Source: Acidobacteriota bacterium (GTDB taxonomy: Bacteria; Acidobacteriota; UBA4820; DSQY01). From it: DNA of 12,001 bases. Position 1 is the stretch's first letter. Each line of letters begins with the position of its first letter. The stretch spans positions 17,165 to 29,165 of the forward strand of contig JBMFSH010000005.1 of NCBI GenBank assembly GCA_049967655.1, given 5' to 3'. Below are positions 1 to 8,059 of the stretch, in pieces. The notes beneath the pieces are model-generated. The model saw only the letters and a program-made list of their open reading frames with translations. It was not told where the DNA came from and ran no database searches. Made by a program: the position numbers and the translations under genes.

Positions 1-86
1 CTCTCGCCTTCGGCTCGAGGGCGCCCCAATCCCTTGATAGGTGACAAGGGCCTCTTCTTCAATGGCTTGTTCCGCCTGCTTTCCAT
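1..86 (-). CDS. Possible 5' end of a divergently transcribed gene (partial, runs off the window)
   Basis: Reverse-strand ATG at 86-84, preceded by purine-rich GGGGGAAAGAGC. The frame stays open to the window edge (MESRRNKPLKKRPLSPIKGLGRPRAEGE...). Too short to verify. Confidence 0.3.
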   Translation of the reverse strand, partial: MESRRNKPLKKRPLSPIKGLGRPRAEGE

Positions 87-131
87 GCTCTTTCCCCCGT
101 TCCATCGCGGGATTGGGGTCCGCCTGGCCCC

Positions 132-161
132 TTGACGCTCCGGCGGTCCCCTCTCTATGTT
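132..161 (+). promoter_or_regulatory. Sigma70-type promoter for the cheW-cheW-romR-like-valS block
   Basis: TTGACG (132-137), 18-bp spacer, TATGTT (156-161), about 20 nt upstream of the GTG/ATG start that follows AGGAAAGG. Confidence 0.6.
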
Positions 162-181
162 ACGGCCAGGAAGGAAAGGTG

Positions 182-556
182 ATGCCTTCGGAGCCGTGGT
201 TGCTGGTGCAGGTCGGCGACGCCCTGGAATTGGCCCTACCCTTCTTGCAGGTGCGCAGGGTGCTTCACCGGCAGGAGAGGGATTTTGAATCGTACGCCTC
301 TCAGGCCGAGGATCTCGCCCATTGCCTTGGGGTCGCTCCCAGGGCCGGTCTTCCCGGCGTCCTCATCCTGCTCAACAGCGGCGCGTGCTGGCGCGCCGGC
401 GGGGTCCTTCTTCCCGACGGGCGCGAGAGGCTGACCTACCTCTCCCTTCCCGGCGATCTCTTCAGGGGCCGGGCTTGGTGCAGGGGAGTGCTGTCGGGCC
501 AAGGGCGCTGGGTTTATGTGGTCAATGAAGAAGGGTTGGGCGAAGGGAATGGATGA
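182..556 (+). CDS. Divergent CheW-like protein (124 aa; alternative GTG start at 179)
   Basis: SD-like AGGAAAGG precedes GTG-ATG. The N-terminal WLLVQVGDALELALPFLQVRRV and C-terminal WCRGVLSGQGRWVYVVN resemble CheW beta-strand patterns. The stop overlaps the next gene. The ORF-track start at 41 lies upstream of the promoter and was not used. Confidence 0.55.
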   Translation: MPSEPWLLVQVGDALELALPFLQVRRVLHRQERDFESYASQAEDLAHCLGVAPRAGLPGVLILLNSGACWRAGGVLLPDGRERLTYLSLPGDLFRGRAWCRGVLSGQGRWVYVVNEEGLGEGNG

Positions 557-950
557 ACGCGGCTTCATGGTGTTCGAGGCGGGTTCGCTGAAGCTTGCGG
601 TTCCGGAGGCGGCGGTAGTCACCGTGCGCGACTGGTGGGAGCCGCATCCCCTGCCGGAGGGAGCGGAGTGGCTATGGGGATTGCTGCCCGGCGAGGGGAG
701 CGTGGTGCCCGTTCTGCGGGAGGAGATATTCGGAGGGCCCAGGGAACCTCCGGAGGTCCTGATCGTCGTAGAGCGGAGCGGACGCTTGTTGGCCTTGCCG
801 GCGCGCGGCCCGAGGCTCTGCCGCTCCCGCATGGAAACGGCGCCGCCAGAGGCTGCCCCGTGGTGCGAAGGGGTGGTGGCGGCGGATCCGGAGATACGGT
901 GCATCGATCTTGCGCGGCTTTACAGGGGTTTGGGAATTGGCATAGAATAA
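549..950 (+). CDS. CheW domain protein (133 aa)
   Basis: FMVFEAGSLKLAVPEAAVVTV...PHPLPEGAEWLWGLLPGEGSVVPVL...VLIVVERSGRLLAL...IRCIDLARL follows the CheW pattern, although the NLRG motif is altered to LPGEG. ATG at 549 overlaps the upstream ORF by 8 nt. Confidence 0.75.
   Translation: MDERGFMVFEAGSLKLAVPEAAVVTVRDWWEPHPLPEGAEWLWGLLPGEGSVVPVLREEIFGGPREPPEVLIVVERSGRLLALPARGPRLCRSRMETAPPEAAPWCEGVVAADPEIRCIDLARLYRGLGIGIE
919..948 (+). promoter_or_regulatory. Internal sigma70-type promoter for the romR-like gene
   Basis: TTTACA (919-924), 18-bp spacer, TAGAAT (943-948), in an AT-enriched patch at the end of cheW. SD-like AAGGGGG follows before ATG 975. Confidence 0.55.
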
Positions 951-974
951 TCAGGGACGATAAGGGGGCTGCGG

Positions 975-3062
975 ATGCCGAAGAAAATCCTGCTGGCGGA
1001 CGATAGCGTCACCATCCAGAAGGTCGTGGAGCTGACCTTCGCGGAAGGGGACTACGCGGTGGAGTGCGTGTCCAACGGGAAGGCCGCGGTCCAGAAGATC
1101 CAGGATGACCGCCCCGACATCCTCCTCTGCGACGTGATCATGCCCGAGATGAACGGGTACGACGTGGCCTCCTTCGTCAAGAAAAACCCGGCCTATTCCG
1201 GGATCCCGGTCATCTTGCTGACGGGGACCTTCGAGCCCTTCGACGAGGAGAAGGCGAGGCTCTCGGGGGCCGATACCTATGTCACCAAGCCCTTCGATTC
1301 CAAGCTCTTGGTAGATAAGGTCGAGGAGCTCTTGAGCCACCGGCTGGTGCTGGATAGCTCCGCGCCCATGGAGCCCGCGCAAGTATTTCAGGCAAGGGAG
1401 GAGTTCCTCCTGGTGCATGAGCCGCGGGTGGAACGGGAGGGCGCCGCGGCGGCTCCGGCGAAGCCAGCCGAGCCCTTCGAGCAGGTGTTCGAGCAGGAGG
1501 CTCCGCCAGAAAAGGCCGCGGTGGAAACCGTCCAGGTCCTTTCCGCCCCCCCGCCAGCCGCGGTTGAACCTTCGGCGGTGCATGAAGAGCCTGAGGTCCA
1601 CCCCGCTTCCGAGGCGGCTTGGCCCACCGAATGGGAGAGCGAACCTCTGCCCGTGGAGCCAAAGCCAGAACAGGCGGCCGCTTTGCCGGTGACGGAGGCG
1701 ATCCAGCCCGAAGAGCCTTTCGAATCCATCGATCTCGGGCCTCTTCCGCCTGAGGAGGCCACCGAGCAGTCCTTTGAGGAGATCGTGGCTCCCCCTCATG
1801 GGACCAAAGACGAGGTCGTGATCGGCGTGGCGGGGCCAGAGGATGCGGGCGAGCCCGACGTGCTCGAGGCGGACCTGTCGGCGGGCTCGGCGCCCCCCTT
1901 TGAGGCGGCCCCGGTGTCCGTCATGGGCGCCGAGGACTGGGGGGAGGGACGGCGCCCCGCGGCTCCCGGGGTGATCGAGCCCGAGGCCCGGCCCGCGGAG
2001 GCGAGCTCACAGGATGCGGAACTCCTTCCCGTCGAGGAGGCCATGGACGAGTCCCTGATCGTCCACGACATGACGGAACAGCAGGACATGATTTCGCAGG
2101 CCCAGGCCAAGGCCGATGCGCCGGTTTCGGCCTTTGCCGGCGCCCCGGAGGAGATCGTCGAAGCTCCATCTGTCGAGCTTCCGAAGATCGAGGGCGATCT
2201 GGTTCCCGCCTATGAGGAGGTTTTCCCCTCGTCGGCGGATACGGCCGAACAGGTACAACCCGAAGAACCTCGGCTTGAGGAGGGCCCCTTCCTCCAAGAG
2301 GGCGAGGTTCTAAGCGGCCTTCCCGAAGTTCCCGCGGAACAGATGAGCGAGGCCGTGAGGGCTCCTCTTGCCCCGGGGGAGCACACGGAAGAGCTCCCAG
2401 CGGGCATGGAAGAGGTCTCTCCCTTCGAGGAGCCGGCCCCAGGGACCCAGCCCGAGGAGCCCACCGTCGCCGCGCCGGTTCCCGCCGGGCCCTTGCCGGC
2501 CGAGCCGGAGCCCGCAGCCTCGGCGGCGCAGGTGGCGGTCCCTCCGGGGATCTCGCGCGAGGAGCTGGAGCAGTCGGTGAGGAAGGCCGTGGCCGAGGTG
2601 CACCCGGGGGTCGCCCGGGAGGCGGCGCAGGCCATGGCTCCGGCCGTGATTGCCGAGACGGTTAGGGAGATGGCGCCCGACCATATCCGGGCGATCGTCT
2701 CCGATATGGCGGGAGCGCACATCCGCGAGATCGCTCGGGAGATCGCCCCGGACCACGCCGCGACCGTGGCGCGTGAAACCGTTCCGGGCGCCGTTCAACA
2801 GGCGGTGGCGCAGCAGGCGCCCGATCTCGTGAGGCGGGCCGTGGCGGAGTCGGCTCCCGCCGCGGTGCGGGAGGCCGTCCGGGAACACGCGGAGCAAATG
2901 GCGCCGGAAGCCGTGCAGGCGGCGGTGCGGGACGCGGTGTTGCAGGTCCTTCGCGAGACGGCTCCCGAGATCATCCGGCAGGTCGCCTGGGAGGTCATTC
3001 CGGAGATGGCGGAAACCCTCATCCGGCGGCGCATCCAGGAACTGGAGACCGAGGCGGGTTGA
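975..3062 (+). CDS. romR: RomR-like response regulator: N-terminal receiver, long acidic Pro/Ala/Glu-rich linker, C-terminal helical repeats
   Basis: Receiver motifs ILLADDS, phospho-acceptor D53 ([14 protein letters not shown]), LLTG and YVTKPF. The C-terminus [26 protein letters not shown] matches the RomR C-terminal signature. The cheW-like/romR/valS order matches my recollection of the Myxococcus xanthus locus. Confidence 0.8.
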   Translation: MPKKILLADDSVTIQKVVELTFAEGDYAVECVSNGKAAVQKIQDDRPDILLCDVIMPEMNGYDVASFVKKNPAYSGIPVILLTGTFEPFDEEKARLSGADTYVTKPFDSKLLVDKVEELLSHRLVLDSSAPMEPAQVFQAREEFLLVHEPRVEREGAAAAPAKPAEPFEQVFEQEAPPEKAAVETVQVLSAPPPAAVEPSAVHEEPEVHPASEAAWPTEWESEPLPVEPKPEQAAALPVTEAIQPEEPFESIDLGPLPPEEATEQSFEEIVAPPHGTKDEVVIGVAGPEDAGEPDVLEADLSAGSAPPFEAAPVSVMGAEDWGEGRRPAAPGVIEPEARPAEASSQDAELLPVEEAMDESLIVHDMTEQQDMISQAQAKADAPVSAFAGAPEEIVEAPSVELPKIEGDLVPAYEEVFPSSADTAEQVQPEEPRLEEGPFLQEGEVLSGLPEVPAEQMSEAVRAPLAPGEHTEELPAGMEEVSPFEEPAPGTQPEEPTVAAPVPAGPLPAEPEPAASAAQVAVPPGISREELEQSVRKAVAEVHPGVAREAAQAMAPAVIAETVREMAPDHIRAIVSDMAGAHIREIAREIAPDHAATVARETVPGAVQQAVAQQAPDLVRRAVAESAPAAVREAVREHAEQMAPEAVQAAVRDAVLQVLRETAPEIIRQVAWEVIPEMAETLIRRRIQELETEAG
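2601..3032 (+). repeat. Degenerate 36-bp (12-aa) tandem repeat array inside the romR-like gene, about 11 units
   Basis: [96 protein letters not shown]/(AEQM)/[12 protein letters not shown]/(VLQVLRET)/[24 protein letters not shown]. Confidence 0.8.
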
Positions 3063-3090
3063 AACCGAAGACCGCCGATGGCAGCTAAAG

Positions 3091-3122
3091 CGCGAGAACA
3101 GGGGTTCGCCCCTGTTTTCGTG
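3091..3122 (+). terminator. Stem-loop between the romR-like gene and valS (possible terminator/attenuator or processing hairpin)
   Basis: CGCGAGAACAGGGG-TTCG-CCCCTGTTTTCGTG forms a 14-bp stem with two G-U pairs and a UUCG loop. The 3' arm contains a short T run. Confidence 0.5.
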
Positions 3123-3219
3123 TATGAGAGGCGCGGGGACGCCGCTGGCACCCGAAGGAGCTCCGTCCCGGCGCCGCGGCACGACAGCCCCGAGGCCCTT
3201 TCAACCGGGAGATAATGCC

Positions 3220-5883
3220 ATGGAGATCCCTAAGCAGTACGACCCGAGGGAGTGCGAGGAGCGCTGGTACCGTTTCTGGGAAGAAGGGGGGATGTTTGCG
3301 GCCAACCCCCATTCCGGAAAACCGCCGTACGTCATCGTGATCCCCCCTCCCAACGTCACGGGGGTTCTCCACACGGGCCACGCCATGTTCGTCACGCTCC
3401 AGGACATTCTGGTCCGGTGGAAGCGCATGCAGGGATTCGACGCGCTCTGGCTCCCCGGTACCGATCACGCGGGCATCGCCACCCAGATGGTCGTCAGCAA
3501 GGAGCTCGAGAAGCAGGGCATCCAGCGTTCGCAGTTGGGGCGAGAGGCCTTTGTGGAGAAGGTGTGGGAGTGGCGGAAGGAAAAGGGCGACACCATCTTG
3601 CAGCAGCTTCGGTGCCTTGGTGCCTCGTGCGACTGGAGCCGGACCCGTTTCACCCTCGACCCCGACCTTTCGAGGGCGGTCCGCACGGCCTTCGTGGAGC
3701 TCTACAGGGAAGGGCTGATCTATCGCGGCGAATACATGATCAACTGGTGTCCCCGCTGCGGCACGGCACTGTCGGATCTCGAGGTGGAGCACGCCGACAG
3801 CCAAGGACACCTGTGGTACATCCGCTATCCCCTGGAGGGGGCGGAGGAGGGCGCGGGCATCGTGGTGGCCACGACGCGGCCGGAGACCATGCTGGGCGAC
3901 ACGGCCGTGGCCGTGCACCCGGAGGACGAGCGTTACCGATCCTGGATCGGCCGCCGCGTGCGCCTACCCATCATAAACCGCTCCATCCCCATCATCGCCG
4001 ACACCATGGTGGACCGAGAGTTCGGAACGGGGGCGGTGAAGATCACCCCGGCCCACGACCCCAACGACTTTGAAGCGGGCAGACGCCACGGGCTGCCCGA
4101 GATCGCCGTCATAGGGCCGGATGGGCGGATGACCGAGGAGGCCGGACCCTTCGCGGGCCAAGACCGGTTCGAGGCACGCAAGGGTGTGGTTCGACAGCTG
4201 GAGGCCGAGGGGCTCCTGCTGAAAACGGCCGTCCACGCCAACGCCGTGGGCCATTGCCAGCGCTGCGATACGGTCGTGGAGCCGGCCATTTCAAAGCAGT
4301 GGTTCCTGAAGATCGAGCCTCTGGCCGGCCCGGCGAGGGAGGCGGTGGAGCGCGGTGAGATCCGGATCATCCCCGACCATTGGCGCAAGGTCTACCTGAA
4401 CTGGATGAGTGAGATCCACGACTGGTGCATCTCCCGTCAGCTCTGGTGGGGGCACCGCATTCCCGCCTTTTTCTGCGACCATTGCGGAAAGTCGGCCGGT
4501 TCCAACGACCCCCAGCGGCTCCTGGTGGCCATGGAGGATCTCACGAAGTGCCCTTACTGCGGCGGCACCGTGAGCCAGGACCCCGACGTGTTGGATACCT
4601 GGTTCTCGTCCCAGCTCTGGCCCTTCTCCACCCTGGGTTGGCCCGAGGAGACGGAGGAATTCAGGCGGTACTACCCCACGACGGTCATGGAGACGGGCTA
4701 CGACATCCTGTTTTTCTGGGTGGCCCGCATGATCATGGCCGGCCTGAAGTTCACCGGCAAGCCCCCCTTCCGGGACGTGTTCCTGCACGGACTCGTGAGG
4801 GATGCCCAGGGTCGCAAGATGAGCAAGACCCTCGGCAACGTCATCGATCCCCTAGAGCTCATCGAGCAGTATGGGGCCGATGCCGTGCGCTTCACTCTGG
4901 CCGTCCTCTGTGTCCCCGGCACGGACGTCTCCCTCGACCCCAAGCGCATGGAGGGCTACCGCGCCTTCGCCAACAAGCTGTGGAACGCCGGTCGCTTCGT
5001 GCTGATGCAGCTCGGAGGCGACGCCGTCCGAGAGCCGGCCGGGGAGGACCTCGGATTCTGGGACCGCTGGATCCTCAGCGAATGCGAGGTCACCGCGAGG
5101 AAGGTCAACGAGTCGCTAGAGGCCTTCCGGTTCTACGAGGCGTCAGAACTCCTCTACCATTTCGCCTGGCATCGCTTCTGCGATTGGTACGTGGAGGTGT
5201 CGAAGGTGGGGTTGGCCGAGGGGATGCCCGCCGCCAGGAGGGAGGCCACCCGCTGGACCCTGCACCGCGTGCTGGACAGCATTCTGAGGCTCCTGCACCC
5301 CTTCATGCCCTTCATCACGGAGGACCTTTGGCAGCGGATGCCCGGCGCCGAAGGGAGCCTCATGCTGGCGGCCTACCCGGCGGGCTCGACCGAAGACTCT
5401 TCGGGTTTCGACTCCATCGACTGGCTCATGGACCTCGTGAACCGCGTCCGCAACCTGAGGGCCGAAAAGGGCCTCCCCCCCTCGCTGCGGCTCGATGCGG
5501 TGCTGGTTCCGGCGGACCCCGAAGCCGCCGCCTCACTGGGCCACTCGGCTGAAGAAGTGGCCTTCCTGGCCCGCTTGAGCGGGGTGACTCGCGCGGATTC
5601 GCTTCCCCAAGGGGAGGAGTGGGTGGCCGGGGTCGCCGCGAGGTTCCAGTTCGCCCTGCGCGTGCCGGCCGCCTCCCGGGACTCCGAGGGAGAACGCAAG
5701 CGCCTGGAGGGCGAACTGCGCAAGGCGAAGGCCGAGTACGGGAAGTTCTCGGCCAAGCTCGAGAGTCCGGCCTTCGTGGATCGTGCGCCCGCGGAGGTGG
5801 TGGAGAAGAACCGCCGCCTGCTCGCCGAGTACGGAAGAAAAATCGCGGAGCTGGAGGCGGCTCTGGAGAAACTGGCGCGTTGA
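3220..5883 (+). CDS. valS: Valine--tRNA ligase (887 aa)
   Basis: [13 protein letters not shown] (HIGH motif), [75 protein letters not shown] and a C-terminal coiled-coil arm ([12 protein letters not shown]). Start placed at MEIPKQYDP after SD GGGAGA. Confidence 0.99.
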   Translation: MEIPKQYDPRECEERWYRFWEEGGMFAANPHSGKPPYVIVIPPPNVTGVLHTGHAMFVTLQDILVRWKRMQGFDALWLPGTDHAGIATQMVVSKELEKQGIQRSQLGREAFVEKVWEWRKEKGDTILQQLRCLGASCDWSRTRFTLDPDLSRAVRTAFVELYREGLIYRGEYMINWCPRCGTALSDLEVEHADSQGHLWYIRYPLEGAEEGAGIVVATTRPETMLGDTAVAVHPEDERYRSWIGRRVRLPIINRSIPIIADTMVDREFGTGAVKITPAHDPNDFEAGRRHGLPEIAVIGPDGRMTEEAGPFAGQDRFEARKGVVRQLEAEGLLLKTAVHANAVGHCQRCDTVVEPAISKQWFLKIEPLAGPAREAVERGEIRIIPDHWRKVYLNWMSEIHDWCISRQLWWGHRIPAFFCDHCGKSAGSNDPQRLLVAMEDLTKCPYCGGTVSQDPDVLDTWFSSQLWPFSTLGWPEETEEFRRYYPTTVMETGYDILFFWVARMIMAGLKFTGKPPFRDVFLHGLVRDAQGRKMSKTLGNVIDPLELIEQYGADAVRFTLAVLCVPGTDVSLDPKRMEGYRAFANKLWNAGRFVLMQLGGDAVREPAGEDLGFWDRWILSECEVTARKVNESLEAFRFYEASELLYHFAWHRFCDWYVEVSKVGLAEGMPAARREATRWTLHRVLDSILRLLHPFMPFITEDLWQRMPGAEGSLMLAAYPAGSTEDSSGFDSIDWLMDLVNRVRNLRAEKGLPPSLRLDAVLVPADPEAAASLGHSAEEVAFLARLSGVTRADSLPQGEEWVAGVAARFQFALRVPAASRDSEGERKRLEGELRKAKAEYGKFSAKLESPAFVDRAPAEVVEKNRRLLAEYGRKIAELEAALEKLAR

Positions 5884-5908
5884 CAGGGGGGAACGACCTT
5901 TTTATGAT
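5880..5908 (+). promoter_or_regulatory. Near-consensus sigma70 promoter for the downstream operon
   Basis: TTGACA (5880-5885, containing the valS TGA stop), 17-bp spacer, TATGAT (5903-5908). SD AAGGAGA follows before ATG 5932. Confidence 0.8.
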
Positions 5909-5931
5909 AAGGCCGAAAGGAGAGTCACGCC

Positions 5932-6288
5932 ATGAGACACGCGGAGCAGGGTGAGGGCAAATTGGGGCTCTTCGTCATGCTGCTGATTCTGGCGGCCGCC
6001 ATTTTTGTGCTCGTGAAGGTCGTGCCTCCCCGGATCAATGCCTACGAGTTCAAGGACTGGATGTGGGAATACGCGCATACCGATTGCTGGAACCGCACCC
6101 CCGAGCAGATGAAGCAGGACCTCGTGGCCAAGGCGCACCGGCTCAATTTGCCGCTCACCGAGAAGGACGTCACGGTGGAGCGGCGGGGTTCCACCGTCAG
6201 CATCGGGGCCAAGTTCGACATGCCCGTGGACCTGAAGGTCTACAAGCTGGTCCTCCACTACGATTTTAACCAGCAGGCCGAACACTAA
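5932..6288 (+). CDS. DUF4845-like small membrane-anchored, pilin-like protein (118 aa)
   Basis: Short leader MRHAEQG, then a hydrophobic helix (LGLFVMLLILAAAIFVLVKVVP), a PxxxNAYEFKD segment and a beta-rich C-terminus. Good SD. TAATG overlap with the next gene. Confidence 0.7.
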   Translation: MRHAEQGEGKLGLFVMLLILAAAIFVLVKVVPPRINAYEFKDWMWEYAHTDCWNRTPEQMKQDLVAKAHRLNLPLTEKDVTVERRGSTVSIGAKFDMPVDLKVYKLVLHYDFNQQAEH

Positions 6289-7343
6289 TGAACCTGCTCC
6301 CCCTCCCCAAGGTGGAGCTGCACCTTCACCTCGAAGGGTGCATCTCGCCCGCGGAAGCCCGGATACTGGCCGATCGTAAACCGACCGGCCGAGGGATCGG
6401 GCCCTCAGACCTCGCCGCGTGTTATCGGCACCGCGGCCTCAGAGACTTCCTGGTTCACTTCGGCCGCCTCGTGGACCTGCTGGCGGCTCCATCCGATCTA
6501 GCCTGGCTCTTTCGCAGGGTGCAGGGCAGGCTCGACCGGCAGGGGGTAGTGTACGCGGAACTTCGCGTTTCCCCGTCGGTTTGGGAGCGGCACGGACTCC
6601 CAGCCGAGGAGACGCTCGATGCCCTGCTGGATGCGGCGAGGAGCGGAGTTCCGCGGTGTTCGTTCATCATCGACGGCGTTCGCCAGTGGGACCGCCGCAG
6701 CCTGGTCCGTGACTTCGAATTGGCCCTCGGGCGCAGGCGCCGTGGCGTGGTGGCTTTCGGGCTCGGGGGTGATGAGGAGGCTGCGCCTTCCCGGCAGTTC
6801 GAGGAGCTGGCGCAGGAGGCCCGGAAGCGCCGTTTCCCGATCATCCCCCACGCGGGGGAGGGGCTCGGAGCCGGCGAGGTGGCCTCCGCTCTCGATGTGT
6901 TCGATCCGCCGAGGATAGGACACGGCGTCAGGGCCGCCGAGTCCCCGGCCCTGGTGGCGGAGCTTGCGCGTCGGGGCACGCACCTGGAGGTGTGCCCCAC
7001 CAGCAACCGACGGACCGGCGCGGTCCCCAGGGGCAAAAGGCATCCGCTGGCCCAGCTTTGGGCCGCGGGAGTATCGCTTTCCATCGGCACGGACGATCCC
7101 GCGCTTTTTCGCACCACCCTGAGCCGCGAGTTGCAGTGGACGAGTCGTCGGCTGGGCTGGGGGCCGCGGGAGCTGGCCCGCAGCCAGGAGTTGGCGGCGA
7201 GGGCGTCGCTCCTGCCCCGGGCCGAGCGGGAGTCGTTGGAACGGTTCGTCGCCGCCGGCTGGAACGCTGGAGCCTTGCCAGGAGAAGGTGGGGGCCCTAC
7301 AATCGGAAACAGGGGTGACGGGGCATGTTGGACTCGGGTCTGA
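6288..7343 (+). CDS. add: Adenosine/adenine deaminase family metallohydrolase
   Basis: LPKVELHLHLEG, GVVYAELR, FGLGGDE, PHAGE, RIGHG, LEVCPTSN and IGTDDP motifs are all intact. Confidence 0.93.
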   Translation: MNLLPLPKVELHLHLEGCISPAEARILADRKPTGRGIGPSDLAACYRHRGLRDFLVHFGRLVDLLAAPSDLAWLFRRVQGRLDRQGVVYAELRVSPSVWERHGLPAEETLDALLDAARSGVPRCSFIIDGVRQWDRRSLVRDFELALGRRRRGVVAFGLGGDEEAAPSRQFEELAQEARKRRFPIIPHAGEGLGAGEVASALDVFDPPRIGHGVRAAESPALVAELARRGTHLEVCPTSNRRTGAVPRGKRHPLAQLWAAGVSLSIGTDDPALFRTTLSRELQWTSRRLGWGPRELARSQELAARASLLPRAERESLERFVAAGWNAGALPGEGGGPTIGNRGDGACWTRV

Positions 7344-8059
7344 CCGAAGAGGAGCTTTGGAGCAAGATTCCCTCCCTCTCTTTTCGGGAACTCCCGGCCT
7401 TTCTGGAGCACCCGACCACTAAGGAGCGCCACCTCCTCAAACTGCTGGAGCGCACAGATCTGCCGGAGAGCTTTCTGGCCCAGTTGAGCCACAGCAAGTG
7501 GGTCCGGTCCGTCAGGGTGCAATTCTCGCTCGTCAACCACGCCGGAACCCCCTTGGCCGACGCCATGAATTTCGTCAAATTCCTGGCCTGGCGCGATCTG
7601 AACCTGACCATCCAGAACTTCCACATCGCCAGCGAAGTGAGGCACGCAGCCGAGACCGTCCTCTTGCAGCGCATCCCCGCCATGGCCGTGGGGGAGAAGA
7701 TCACCTTCGCGCGGACGGCCGCTGGGCAGGCCCTCAAGATGCTGAGGAACGATAAGGACCCACGGGTCGTCAAGGCGCTGCTGGAGAACGGCCGGACCGT
7801 GGAGGACGATGTCCTGTTCCTCATCAACCAGCCCAAGACACCCGCGCCGGTCCTCGAGACCGTCGCCCGCGACCCGAAATGGTCGGCGCGGCAGGAGGTC
7901 CGGGTGGGCCTCATCCGCAACATGCACACCCCCCTCGCCGCCATCATCCCCTTTTTGAGTTCACTGAATCTTGCGGAGGCCCGGGCGCTGTCACAAGACC
8001 CGAAGGTTCCCGTGGCCGTGCGGAGGATGCTGCTGACGAGACTCGGGAGGAAACCGTGA
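7325..8059 (+). CDS. Uncharacterised alpha-helical repeat protein A (LRV/HEAT-like), 244 aa
   Basis: Internal duplication of a unit W..x.xV..xL+.N..TP...++.F+..L...+...+....+...VR (KWVRSVRVQFSLVNHAGTPLADAMNFVKFL vs KWSARQEVRVGLIRNMHTPLAAIIPFLSSL). Overlaps both neighbours. Confidence 0.85.
   Translation: MLDSGLTEEELWSKIPSLSFRELPAFLEHPTTKERHLLKLLERTDLPESFLAQLSHSKWVRSVRVQFSLVNHAGTPLADAMNFVKFLAWRDLNLTIQNFHIASEVRHAAETVLLQRIPAMAVGEKITFARTAAGQALKMLRNDKDPRVVKALLENGRTVEDDVLFLINQPKTPAPVLETVARDPKWSARQEVRVGLIRNMHTPLAAIIPFLSSLNLAEARALSQDPKVPVAVRRMLLTRLGRKP

Noticed and set aside
41..181. N-terminal extension of the first ORF given in the ORF track
   Set aside because: It spans the predicted promoter, and the SD and CheW-like sequence only begin at 179/182.
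2601..3032. 36-bp periodicity as a CRISPR-like array
   Set aside because: The repeats are degenerate, in frame and conserved at protein level only, with no repeat-spacer structure or cas genes.
3124..3205. T-box or glycine-riboswitch-like fragments (CTGGCACCCG, GAGAG...CCGAAGGAGC) in the valS leader
   Set aside because: There is no full GGTGGNACCGCG T-box with a downstream terminator, and no CTCTCAGG element of the glycine aptamer. These are partial matches only.
3124..3219. 32-aa N-terminal extension of ValS
   Set aside because: ValS similarity starts at MEIPKQYDP, which has its own SD. The extension reads like translated non-coding DNA.
3370..4830. ValS HTGH and KMSKT variants of the HIGH/KMSKS motifs
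   Set aside because: Both fall within normal class I synthetase variation, so there is no basis for claiming altered function or resistance.
7879..8055. Longer start for the RodZ-like ORF
   Set aside because: It would overlap the upstream gene by about 180 nt. The GTG at 8056 gives a standard GTGA coupling just before the HTH.
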